From Desulfobacterales bacterium (GTDB lineage Bacteria > Desulfobacterota > Desulfobacteria > Desulfobacterales > SpSt-501): a stretch of DNA of 64,000 nucleotides. The notes under the pieces were generated by a model. That model saw only the letters and a program-made list of their open reading frames with translations, was not told where the DNA came from and did no database searches. The stretch is from NCBI GenBank assembly GCA_041736435.1, contig JBGSTS010000020.1, positions 119-64,118 on the forward strand, written 5' to 3'. Each line of letters opens with the position of its first letter. Position 1 is the first letter of the stretch. Positions 29,373 through 38,051 of this stretch are shown here, in pieces. The translations under genes and the position numbers were made by a program.

Positions 29373-30257
29373 CTATAATGCCAGGGCTTCCTGCTCCGTG
29401 ACCCCATCGGGGCTTTTCAGAAATGGATGCTCCTGGAAAGGGCGAATGACGTGGATCATGAAGCAGGCCTCCAGGCAGGCTTCCCGGCAGGAATCCCCGT
29501 ACGCGAGGCACTGCGTGTGGTCCACCCGGATGACGCCGTCGACGAGGGCGATGGCCCCGGCCGGGCAGGCCCTGACGCAGGACAAACAGTGAAGGCAGCC
29601 TGAGGAGCAGATTCGGTGGGTCTCTTTGCCGGTGTCTTTGCTGCTGCAGCGCACCACGACCCGGCCGCTGCGGGGAATGAGGCTGAACAGTCCCTTGGGG
29701 CAGGCGCCGGCGCACAGGCCGCATCCGGTGCACCTCTCTTCGTCGATGACCGGGAAATGATGGACCATGGTGATAGCGCCGAAGGGGCAGGCGCGCTCAC
29801 AGTCGCCAAAGCCGACGCAGCCGAATTGGCAGTCTGTGGGGCCGCCAAAGGCCAGGTTGGCGGCGGAGCAGCTCCCATAGCCGACATACTCGTATTTTTC
29901 ATAATTGTTTCTCAGGCACCTGGCGCAGTGGACTACCGCCAAGGCCCCTTCGATTGATCCCAGCTGCTTGCCGGTGATCTTGGCCACCGCCTCGGCCACG
30001 GGCGCTTTTCCGGGGAAACACAGTGCGGGGGAAACATCCGGGTCGGTGACCACCGCCTCGGCATAGGCTTCGCACCCGGCGAAGCCGCAGGCGCCTCATT
30101 GCCCGCCGGCCAGGAGCGCCTGAACCGCCTCGACCTTCGGGTTGACCTCGACCGCGAATTTGTGGGCGGCCAACCCCAGCCCGATGCCGAATAAAACGCC
30201 AATACACCCCAGAACAGCCAGCCCCCCCAGGGCCAAATTAATGTAGGAGAGATCCAT
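29373..30257 (-). CDS. rnfB: Rnf complex subunit B, read through an in-frame TGA (codon 54, plus-strand 30096-30098) as candidate selenocysteine
   Basis: From the ATG at 30257 I read MDLSYINLALGGLAVLGCIGVLFGIGLGLAAHKFAVEVNPKVEAVQALLAGGQ-[TGA]-GACGFAGCEAYAEAVVTDPDVSPALCFPG.... The TGA sits at the first Cys of the RnfB CxxCxxxxC...C N-terminal Fe-S domain. It is in the same frame as ORF 29373..30053. Poly-ferredoxin motifs follow downstream. Confidence 0.65.
30066..30086 (-). other. Candidate bacterial SECIS-like hairpin 9 nt 3' of the rnfB UGA
   Basis: On the minus strand this reads GGCUUCG-CCGGGUG-CGAAGCC, a perfect 7-bp stem with a 7-nt loop containing GGU. Confidence 0.45.
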
Positions 30258-30275
30258 CGGTATCCTCGCAACCGC

Positions 30276-31271
30276 CTAAAACAGAGACATGCCTGAAAAC
30301 CCCATGAAGGAGAGCGCAAAAAGGCCGGCCACGATAAAGGCGATGGGCAGGCCCCGGTAGGCTTCCGGGATTTTGGCGAACTCGAGCCGCTCGCGGACGG
30401 ACGACATCAAAAACAGCGCGATCAGAAATCCAAGGCCGGCCCCTGACGCCAGCATCAGGCTCTCCGCAAGATTGTATTCGTTCTGAGCCAGGGTCAGCGG
30501 AACCGCAATGATGATGCAGTTGGCAATCACCAGTACCAGGTAGACCCCGAAGGCCTTGAACAGTTTGGGGTTGACCTTGCGCATGATGGTGTCGACTCCC
30601 TGCACGGTCAACGAGACCAAGCCGATGAAGACCACGATTTGCAGGTAGTCCAGCCGATAGGGCTTCAGGACAAACTGGTAGAGAAACCACGAGAGCATGG
30701 AGGCAAACACAATCACGATGGTGAAGGTGATCCCCATGCCGACGGCGGTCGATTTTTTGCGCGAGGTGCCGAAAAACACGCACAGCCCTAAATATTTCGA
30801 AAAAACGAAATTCTGGATGATCATGGCGCCGATCAAAATGGAGAGCAACGTCCCGAAATAGGGCTGTTTCACCGTGAGTCGCGCCGTGCCGAGCGATTTG
30901 CCGTCGGAAAGGATCTCCTTGAGAATGACGGTGTGGCTGTTCTGGCGATTCAGGGCATCCGTCAGCCGCAGGGTCAGGGTTTTTTTGTTCCGGCTGAGCT
31001 CAGCCGCTGCGATCTCCGCTAAAATGTCAGGATCGGTCAGTTCATTGACCGAAAAGTTGGCAATGCGTTGAGCCCAGGCATCATCCACCGGCCCGGCGAA
31101 CGCGATGGTGATTTCATGGCTGTCCCCGAAAACGGCGCTTTGAACGAAAGGATGCTCTGTTTTGCACCCCGTTACTAGCAATAGCCCCATGCAAAGCCAG
31201 ATGGCGCCGAAACGCCGGAGGCGGGCGACGGCAAGGCCGGCCTGCGGGCGCTTATCCCAACCGTTGCGCAT
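30276..31271 (-). CDS. rnfA: Rnf complex subunit A fused to a ~140-aa N-terminal lipoprotein-signal plus Ig-like extension
   Basis: The C-terminal ~190 aa is collinear with RnfA (NFVFSKYLGLCVFFGTSRK...ANCIIIAVPL...RERLEFAKIPEAYRGLPIAFIVAGLFALSFMGFSG). The N-terminus has a lipobox LLLVTG|C. It is followed by ...ITIAFAGPVDDAWAQRIANFSVNE...KTLTLRL...HTVILKEILSDGKSL. Confidence 0.8.
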   Translation of the reverse strand: MRNGWDKRPQAGLAVARLRRFGAIWLCMGLLLVTGCKTEHPFVQSAVFGDSHEITIAFAGPVDDAWAQRIANFSVNELTDPDILAEIAAAELSRNKKTLTLRLTDALNRQNSHTVILKEILSDGKSLGTARLTVKQPYFGTLLSILIGAMIIQNFVFSKYLGLCVFFGTSRKKSTAVGMGITFTIVIVFASMLSWFLYQFVLKPYRLDYLQIVVFIGLVSLTVQGVDTIMRKVNPKLFKAFGVYLVLVIANCIIIAVPLTLAQNEYNLAESLMLASGAGLGFLIALFLMSSVRERLEFAKIPEAYRGLPIAFIVAGLFALSFMGFSGMSLF

Positions 31272-31893
31272 CCACCCCCCTTTTTTTGCGGCGTGCGCTG
31301 ATCGCTTCCGTGTAATTGAAGATGGCCATCATGAACCCGACTGTGAAAAACCCGGCAGCCGGCAGCACAAAAAACAGCATCGGACGAAACCCGACGACCT
31401 TGACGCCGAGAAAGGTCCCCATGCCCAAAATTTCACGAATCGTCCCCAGGGTCGTCATACCGAATAAAAACCCGACCCCCATCCCCATTCCGTCCCAAAA
31501 GGAAGAGGCCAAATCGTGCTTGCACGCAAACACCTCCAGGCGCATGGTGATGATGGCAAACGCCACGATCAGCCTGACGAAGATGCCCATGGCCTTGTAG
31601 GCCTCCGGAACATAGGCCGCCAGGATGAGATCGATCACCGTGACCCAGGTGGCGATCGTCAGGGTGTAGGTCGGGATGCGGATGCGCGGGTGGATGTGAT
31701 TCTTGATCAGCGAGATGGTGCAGCTCGAGAACACCTGGACAAAAAGCACCGCCACCCCCAGCAGCAGCCCGTTCATCACGCTGGTGGTGAGCCCCACGGC
31801 CGGGCACATGCTGAGGGCCAGGCGGAATATGGGGTTTTCGTTCAAGACGCCGTTCAAGAACAGCTGTTTATGTGTCTTGGGTGTTGTCAGCAC
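31252..31893 (-). CDS. rnfE: Rnf complex subunit E
   Basis: 213 aa with ...NPIFRLALSMCPAVGLTTSVMNG.... It is a six-helix RnfE/NqrD-type protein. Confidence 0.9.
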   Translation of the reverse strand: MLTTPKTHKQLFLNGVLNENPIFRLALSMCPAVGLTTSVMNGLLLGVAVLFVQVFSSCTISLIKNHIHPRIRIPTYTLTIATWVTVIDLILAAYVPEAYKAMGIFVRLIVAFAIITMRLEVFACKHDLASSFWDGMGMGVGFLFGMTTLGTIREILGMGTFLGVKVVGFRPMLFFVLPAAGFFTVGFMMAIFNYTEAISARRKKRGVDAQRLG

Positions 31894-31956
31894 GTATCAA
31901 TTTCCTCTTGTGCCCCGAAGGCCCCGCATGTCATCGCAATCCCCGGCGTTGATCGG

Positions 31957-32865
31957 TTAAAACGCAACTTGGATATTGTTTTCGCGGGCCGCCTGCTCCA
32001 GGAGCGTGAGGCGGTGGACTGAATTGCGCACGATGCGTTTAACGCCGTTGGCCACCGCGCTGCTGGAAATCGTCGCTCCGCTGATGGCATGAATCTCCTC
32101 GTTTTGATACTTCGTTCTCAGGGCGTTTGCGTCCCCTTCGGACAAGGCCCCCTTCCCCCCGATTCCGGATTCCAGATAGTGCTTGTGTTCCTCGGACAAC
32201 GGGGTCCGGGTGACGGACAGGGTCTTGACGGTGTCGATCGCCTTGTTCCTGAACTGATTTTTAAAATACGCTTTTTCGATTTCGCCGCCCAGCCCGGGGT
32301 CCTCCTCATGCGCGGTGATTTCCACCCCGCGAACACTGAAATCCGGGTTCAGCGCCACCATGAGATGGATCGCATTCTTGTATCCGGGGAATTTTCCCGG
32401 GATGATGTAGGCCAGGCGCTTGCCGTCCAGCTCCGCAACGGTTACGGCCTCGGCATCGTGAAAGGCGGTGCGCGGGCCCAACAGCGCGGCAATGGCCCTG
32501 CCGCGATCCTTTTCGTCGGACACCCTCTCCGGTGAAATCTTCAGTTGATGGCGGTCTACCAACCGACCGTTCAGGTCGATGATCCAGAATTCATGTTCGG
32601 TTTTGCCCGCGGCCGGGACCAGGTAACCGGACCGGGGTCCCGCCTCATCCTCGACGATGTAGCGGTGAAGGGTGTGCAGTCTCAGATTCGGCGGCATCGG
32701 GCGGGACCGGCTGTATCCCAGCAAGCCGGCCATGGTCTGCTGAACATTCAGAAGTTCATTGCGCTTTTTGGCCTTGGCCGTTGCCATGAACACCCCGCCC
32801 ATCACCCCCCCGGCGATCAGGCAGGAAACGGTCAGGGCCACCGCGATTTTGAAAATCTCCTTCAT
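31957..32865 (-). CDS. rnfG: Rnf complex subunit G (FMN-binding), unusually long
   Basis: The start is MKEIFKIAVAL at 32865, an ATGA overlap with the rnfD stop. It has a TM anchor and the C-terminal FMN attachment motif HAISGATISS. At 302 aa it is longer than the ~200 aa I consider typical. Confidence 0.85.
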   Translation of the reverse strand: MKEIFKIAVALTVSCLIAGGVMGGVFMATAKAKKRNELLNVQQTMAGLLGYSRSRPMPPNLRLHTLHRYIVEDEAGPRSGYLVPAAGKTEHEFWIIDLNGRLVDRHQLKISPERVSDEKDRGRAIAALLGPRTAFHDAEAVTVAELDGKRLAYIIPGKFPGYKNAIHLMVALNPDFSVRGVEITAHEEDPGLGGEIEKAYFKNQFRNKAIDTVKTLSVTRTPLSEEHKHYLESGIGGKGALSEGDANALRTKYQNEEIHAISGATISSSAVANGVKRIVRNSVHRLTLLEQAARENNIQVAF

Positions 32866-33872
32866 GCAGCGCCCTCGGAGAAGCGCTTCGGCCGGAACCA
32901 TTGATCCAGGGCCGGAGTCAAAGGGTTCATCAGCAGGATGGCATAACAGATCCCCTCCGGATACCCCCCCTTCAGTCGGATGAGGACCGTCAGAGCCCCG
33001 ATTCCAAAACCAAAAAGGACCTGGCCGGTTCTCTGGCTGGGAGAGGTGACATAGTCGGTGGCCATGAAGAAGGCGCCCAGGATCACCCCGCCGGAGAGCA
33101 CGGCCAGAAGCGGGTTGCCCGAGAACAGCTGTTCGCCGCCGAAGACCCAGGTTAAGAAACCGGTGGAGGCGATGACCGACACCGGGATATGCCAGGTGAT
33201 ATAATGCTTATAAACTAAAAAGATCCCCCCGAGTAAAAGCAGCAGGGCTGATGTCTCCCCGATGCAGCCGGGTCGCAGCCCGATAAAAAAATCGGTGTAA
33301 ACGGTCGACAGCGACCCGAATTTTTCGATAAAGGCCTTCATCCCGTAATGTTTCAGCACATGGAGCGGGGTGGCGGCCGAGACGGCGTCGATCCCGGACC
33401 CCAGGTATTTGAACAGGGAGGCGCCCCGCAGGGGTTCCAACCAGGCGGTGGTCATGACGACCGGATAGGTGGCCACCAGAAAGGCCCGGCCGATCAGTGC
33501 CGGGTTGAAAATGTTGAAGCCCAGCCCGCCCATGAGCACTTTGGTCACAAAGATGGCCATGACGGCTCCCGTGACGGGGGTCCAGTAGGGGACGCCCGGC
33601 GGGATGATGTAGGCCAAAAGCAGACCGGTGATCACCGCGCTGCCGTCATTGATCTTGACCGGCCGCTGTAACAGTTTGTTGGAGATCGCCTCGGTGGCGA
33701 CACAGGCGCCGACGCTGATCAGCGTGATGATCAAGGTTTGAAGGCCGAAGACGAAGACCGATACCATCAACGGCGGGGTCAGGCATGCCACCACGGTCCA
33801 CATGATGGTCGCCACCGTCGTGTTCTGCTTGATGTGCGGTGAAACAGATACGATCAGGTCTGCTTGGGCCAT
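32862..33872 (-). CDS. rnfD: Rnf complex subunit D
   Basis: 336-aa polytopic NqrB/RnfD-type protein with ...GAFFMATDYVTSP.... Confidence 0.9.
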   Translation of the reverse strand: MAQADLIVSVSPHIKQNTTVATIMWTVVACLTPPLMVSVFVFGLQTLIITLISVGACVATEAISNKLLQRPVKINDGSAVITGLLLAYIIPPGVPYWTPVTGAVMAIFVTKVLMGGLGFNIFNPALIGRAFLVATYPVVMTTAWLEPLRGASLFKYLGSGIDAVSAATPLHVLKHYGMKAFIEKFGSLSTVYTDFFIGLRPGCIGETSALLLLLGGIFLVYKHYITWHIPVSVIASTGFLTWVFGGEQLFSGNPLLAVLSGGVILGAFFMATDYVTSPSQRTGQVLFGFGIGALTVLIRLKGGYPEGICYAILLMNPLTPALDQWFRPKRFSEGAA

Positions 33873-35320
33873 TTCCGCTTTTCTTTTTTCTTTTCGGCTT
33901 CACGAATCCGTATCCGGGCGAGCCGGATAAACTGGACCAGCGGGCGCTTGGACGGACAGACATAGGCGCAGCTGCCGCACTCGAAGCAATCGTCCACCAG
34001 CCCGAACTGGGCGGTTTCGGCCCCGCGGCCCGCCTCGACATAGATGCCGATGTTGTTGGGCTCGAGCCCCATGGGACAGGCCTGCAGGCAAAATCCGCAG
34101 CGGATGCAGGGGCCATAGTCCTGTGCGTCGATCTCGTCGCGGGTCAAAAACAGGACCCCGGCCGTGGTTTTGGTGATGGGTATTTCCAGGCTGGAGACGG
34201 CAAAGCCCATCATCGGCCCCCCCGCTACCACCTTGGCAAGGCCTGGGGTCGTGCCGCCCAGGTATGAAACGATGTCGGACAGATGGGTGCCGATCGGAAC
34301 GAGCAAGTTGGCCGGCCGGGCGATCCCCTTGCCGGAAACGGTGATGACGCGTTCGTAAAAAGGTTTGCGCCGGACGACGGCATCATAAATGGTTTTGCTA
34401 GTGTAGACGTTCTGAACCATGACGCCGATGCTCGAGGAACGTTTTCCGGAGGGCCGCACACGGCCGGTGACGCTCTGGATGATCTGGTCGGCCGAGCCCT
34501 GAGGGTATTTGACGCGCAGCGGGGCGACTTTGATGGAAAACGGCTCTTCGGCCCGGTTGCACCCGATGGCCTCGTTCAATGCGGTGATGGCATCCGGCTT
34601 GTTGTTTTCCACCCCGATGACGCAAGCGCGGATACCCAGAATGGTCAGGATGATCTTGGCTCCTTCAACCACCTCCTGGGGTTGCTCCACCATGATGCGA
34701 TGATCGCAGGTCAGATACGGCTCGCACTCCGCCCCGTTCAGAATCAAGGTCTCCAGCGGGACTTCCGGGGAGACGTTCAGCTTGGCGTGGGCTGGAAAGC
34801 CGGCGCCGCCCAGGCCCACGATGCCGGCGTCCCTGATCCGGTCGAGCAGCTCCTGCCTGGAAAATTGCCGCCACTCCTCCGCGGCGAGGGTGGGGGACAC
34901 GGCCTCCGGGTCGCGGGAGATGACGATGGCCGTCGCCTTGCCGGTCATCGGGTGAAGTGCGTCGACCACCCCCTCCACGGTGCCGCCGATGCTGGCGTGC
35001 AGGGCGGCGCCCAGCGAGTCTTCGATCGACCCGATCCGGTCGCCGGCTCTGACCCGGGGTTTACGGGTGACCAGCTGCCGATAGATGCGCCCCGGGTGCC
35101 GGCCGAAAAGGAGGGCGTCGTCCGGCGGGGTCTCCGGTGGTTTCTGCACCGCCACGTGACAGGCCGCGCCGACATGTTGTTTCAAAAACAGGCACACCCG
35201 GGGCGGCGGCGGCAACGTCTCCACCGAAAGGCCGGCGGTCGACTCCTTCAGCGCAGCGGGATGTACTCCGCCCAGCGGAAAGGTCGCCGGCGTGGCAACC
35301 GCCCTGCCGTCAGTGGCCAT
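33854..35320 (-). CDS. rnfC: Rnf complex subunit C
   Basis: It has IVGLGGAGFPAH (NADH/FMN site), LNGAECEPYLTCD and two ferredoxin motifs (CIRCGFCLQACP / CFECGSCAYVCP). Confidence 0.9.
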   Translation of the reverse strand: MATDGRAVATPATFPLGGVHPAALKESTAGLSVETLPPPPRVCLFLKQHVGAACHVAVQKPPETPPDDALLFGRHPGRIYRQLVTRKPRVRAGDRIGSIEDSLGAALHASIGGTVEGVVDALHPMTGKATAIVISRDPEAVSPTLAAEEWRQFSRQELLDRIRDAGIVGLGGAGFPAHAKLNVSPEVPLETLILNGAECEPYLTCDHRIMVEQPQEVVEGAKIILTILGIRACVIGVENNKPDAITALNEAIGCNRAEEPFSIKVAPLRVKYPQGSADQIIQSVTGRVRPSGKRSSSIGVMVQNVYTSKTIYDAVVRRKPFYERVITVSGKGIARPANLLVPIGTHLSDIVSYLGGTTPGLAKVVAGGPMMGFAVSSLEIPITKTTAGVLFLTRDEIDAQDYGPCIRCGFCLQACPMGLEPNNIGIYVEAGRGAETAQFGLVDDCFECGSCAYVCPSKRPLVQFIRLARIRIREAEKKKEKRKWPKQT

Positions 35321-35831
35321 ATCGCGTCCGGCTCCTTCCGAGCAGGCTCAGCCCGTACTCTTCTCGGCTTTTCTGGGACAGCGCGGCCGGCTCGCCGAAC
35401 TGCAAAGCATCCGTGGGACACACGGCCACGCAGGCCGGTTCGAGGCCCTCGTCTATCCGGTCCATGCACATGTTGCACTTCATGGCCTTGCCGGCGGTGG
35501 CATCCCACTGGGGGATGTGCCAGGGGCACGCCAGGATGCAGGACTTGCACCCCACGCACAATTCCCGCAGGATGTAGACCAGCCCGTCCTTGTCTCGTTT
35601 GCGAATGGCGTTGACCGGGCATGCGTTCAGGCACCAGGCGTCCTCACAGTGGAAACAGGGGATGAACAGGGAAGACATCATGGGTTTCCCATTCATGAGC
35701 TTCGGCCCCAACACCACGATTTTTCCCAGGGTGGCCCCGGCCGGGACTTGGTTTTTGACCTTGCAGGCGATTTCGCAGGCGTGGCAGGCGACGCATTTGG
35801 CCGGATCCGTATAAATCAGGTAATCTCCCAT
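35310..35831 (-). CDS. Four-cluster 4Fe-4S ferredoxin subunit (DmsB/PsrB-type)
   Basis: CVACHACEIACK, CFHCEDAWCLNACP, CVGCKSCILACP and CNMCMDRIDEGLEPACVAVCP. Its 3' end overlaps the rnfC start by 11 nt. Confidence 0.85.
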   Translation of the reverse strand: MGDYLIYTDPAKCVACHACEIACKVKNQVPAGATLGKIVVLGPKLMNGKPMMSSLFIPCFHCEDAWCLNACPVNAIRKRDKDGLVYILRELCVGCKSCILACPWHIPQWDATAGKAMKCNMCMDRIDEGLEPACVAVCPTDALQFGEPAALSQKSREEYGLSLLGRSRTRYGH

Positions 35832-35852
35832 TTTTTCTCTCTCCCTCCGAAA

Positions 35853-37943
35853 TCAAACCCGTTTCACCGTGACCAAGGTGTGGTCAAACGCCGGACTTCC
35901 GCCCACCGGGTCCACCGTCGCCTCCTGGAGCATCGCATCGGCCACCCCGCGCTGATAACTCCTTCTGGATTCAGGCTCCTGGTGTCCGAACCCGTGAAGC
36001 ATGAAAACGGCCTCCGGCTGAATCATGTTCGTCACGAAGGCTTTCAGCCGCCCCGATCCTGCCGCCGAGGCGATTTCGACTAAATCCATGTTTTTGATCC
36101 CCAGCGCGGCGGCCCGCTCGGAATTGATCCAGAGGACATTCTCCGGCACGAGTTCGTTCAGGTAGGTGTTGTTCTGGGTCATCACGTTGGTGTGCGCAAC
36201 ACAGCGGCCGACGATTAGCCTGAATCGGTCTTGGGGCGTCTCCAGGGGCTCATACGGCGGAAAGGATTGGAAGCTATGCTTTTCCAATAGGCTGGACGCA
36301 AACTCGATTTTGCCGGAAGGGGTTTTGAACTGGATCCCGTTTTCGCGATCCCACCAGATGGGCTTGTCGCTGAGGGAGACAAACCCCTTGGCTTCGAAAT
36401 CCCCGGCCTGGAGTCCTACGTCCGCCAGTTGATACTTCCAAATGTCTTCGATGGTCTCGTAGGGGAAATAGTCTCCTGCGCCCAGGCGCTCGGCCAGTTG
36501 CTTCAGGATCCACCACATGGGTTTGGTGTCGAATCGGGGCTTGATGCAGGCGATCCTGCGGTTAATGGCCGGTTTCAGGCCGGCCGCCATCTGCAAGGGG
36601 TCCGAGCGTTCCAGGAAAAACGATTCCGGCAGAATTACATCCGCCCGCGAGGTGGTTCCGCCGAAATTGATGTCGCAGGAGACGATCAGCTCCAGCTTTT
36701 CAAGCGCACGCAGGGTCTGTTGGTAATCGCACAGCGAAAAGAGCGGGTCGTAACGGAAAGCAAAAAGAACCTTGAGCGGGTAGGGGTCTTCATTCAGCAC
36801 CGCCGATGGGAACATGGCGCCCACGCCGTGGGCCGGGTCGACGATGGGGAACTTCTCCTGCCCGCAGCCGTCAAACTTGCGGCCGTCCGCCATTTTGGGG
36901 AACTGCTGGTCTGAAAATTTGCGGATGCCGGCCGCCAGCCCCGCATCCTTGGGGCCTTTTTTGATGAACACCCCGCCCTTGGCCTCGATGCTGCCCATCA
37001 AGGCGTTCAGAATCATGATGGAGCGCCTAAAATAGATTTCATTGGGGTGGCCCGACCCCCGGTACCCATAGTGAAAAACAACGGCGGGTTTGGCCTCGTT
37101 GATGTCCTTGGCCAGCTGAACGATCTCCTCAGCGGGGATTCCCGTTTCCGCCTCGGCCCACTCCGGGGTGAACTCCTTGACAAAGTTGCAGAGCTTGTCG
37201 AAACCCTCCACCCAGCGGTCCACGTATTTAACATCATAGAAGTGGCGTTCCCTGATGATTACGTGCATCAGGGCGTAATTCAGCGCCAAGTCCGTCCCGG
37301 GCCGGATCATCATATATCGGCTCGATTTGGCGGCCGTGATGCTCACCCGCGGGTCGATGGTGGTGAGCTTCGTCCCTTGCGCCATGGCGTCGAGCAGCGC
37401 ATTGACGGCCTTGACTTCCATGCTCTCGAAAATGTTCCGCCCATAGAGGACGACGTGCCGCGCATTGCCCCAGTCGGCGCTGATCTGAGCGTCGGTGTAC
37501 CCGGTCAGCGAGCGGCAGGCGGTGTTGATGGATCCTTTGCAGACGGTGTCGTGTGAAAAATAATTCGGCGACCCGATCGCTTTCATGAACGTCTTGGACA
37601 AGTCCGTCGCCAGGTTCACGCGTTCGCAGTACACCGCGCTCTTGCTGCCGTATTTTTCAAAAATCTCCCGGCAGCGGTCCGCCGTATAATCCAGGGCAGC
37701 ATCCCAGCTGGCGGTTTTCCACTGTCCGGACCCGCGGGCCCCGGACCGGATCAGGGGCCCATGGACCCGCTGCGGATCATTGACCCAGCCGACAGCGGCC
37801 GCGCCCTTCGGACACACGCCGCCTTTCATGGCCGGAACATGCGGGTTGCCGCCGATGCTGACAACCTGGTCGTCCTCGACCACCACGGCTATGGGGCATC
37901 TGACGGAACACATGAAACACAACGTGTAAACCGTTTTTTTCAT
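35853..37943 (-). CDS. Molybdopterin (Mo/W-bisPGD) oxidoreductase catalytic subunit of the PsrA/PhsA/SoeA-like group, with no signal peptide
   Basis: The N-terminal LCFMCSVRCP...CPKG is the MopB [4Fe-4S] motif at residues 9-16, so there is no room for a Tat RRxFLK leader. The candidate metal-ligand Cys is in FSHDTVCKGS. 696 aa. Confidence 0.85.
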   Translation of the reverse strand: MKKTVYTLCFMCSVRCPIAVVVEDDQVVSIGGNPHVPAMKGGVCPKGAAAVGWVNDPQRVHGPLIRSGARGSGQWKTASWDAALDYTADRCREIFEKYGSKSAVYCERVNLATDLSKTFMKAIGSPNYFSHDTVCKGSINTACRSLTGYTDAQISADWGNARHVVLYGRNIFESMEVKAVNALLDAMAQGTKLTTIDPRVSITAAKSSRYMMIRPGTDLALNYALMHVIIRERHFYDVKYVDRWVEGFDKLCNFVKEFTPEWAEAETGIPAEEIVQLAKDINEAKPAVVFHYGYRGSGHPNEIYFRRSIMILNALMGSIEAKGGVFIKKGPKDAGLAAGIRKFSDQQFPKMADGRKFDGCGQEKFPIVDPAHGVGAMFPSAVLNEDPYPLKVLFAFRYDPLFSLCDYQQTLRALEKLELIVSCDINFGGTTSRADVILPESFFLERSDPLQMAAGLKPAINRRIACIKPRFDTKPMWWILKQLAERLGAGDYFPYETIEDIWKYQLADVGLQAGDFEAKGFVSLSDKPIWWDRENGIQFKTPSGKIEFASSLLEKHSFQSFPPYEPLETPQDRFRLIVGRCVAHTNVMTQNNTYLNELVPENVLWINSERAAALGIKNMDLVEIASAAGSGRLKAFVTNMIQPEAVFMLHGFGHQEPESRRSYQRGVADAMLQEATVDPVGGSPAFDHTLVTVKRV

Positions 37944-38030
37944 GATTTTTCTCCGGTTGGCTGTCCGTTGGCACTGAAGCGGCCGCTGCGTTCAAGCTGC
38001 CAGGCCGCAAATCAAACATGCATCCAGACT

Positions 38031-38051
38031 TTCAAGAGAACCTTCAAGAGA
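38031..38051. promoter_or_regulatory. Tandem direct repeat TTCAAGAGA (x2, 12-bp period) upstream of the Mo-oxidoreductase/rnf operon
   Basis: TTCAAGAGA occurs at 38031-38039 and at 38043-38051, about 90-110 nt upstream of the ATG at 37943. Confidence 0.35.
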
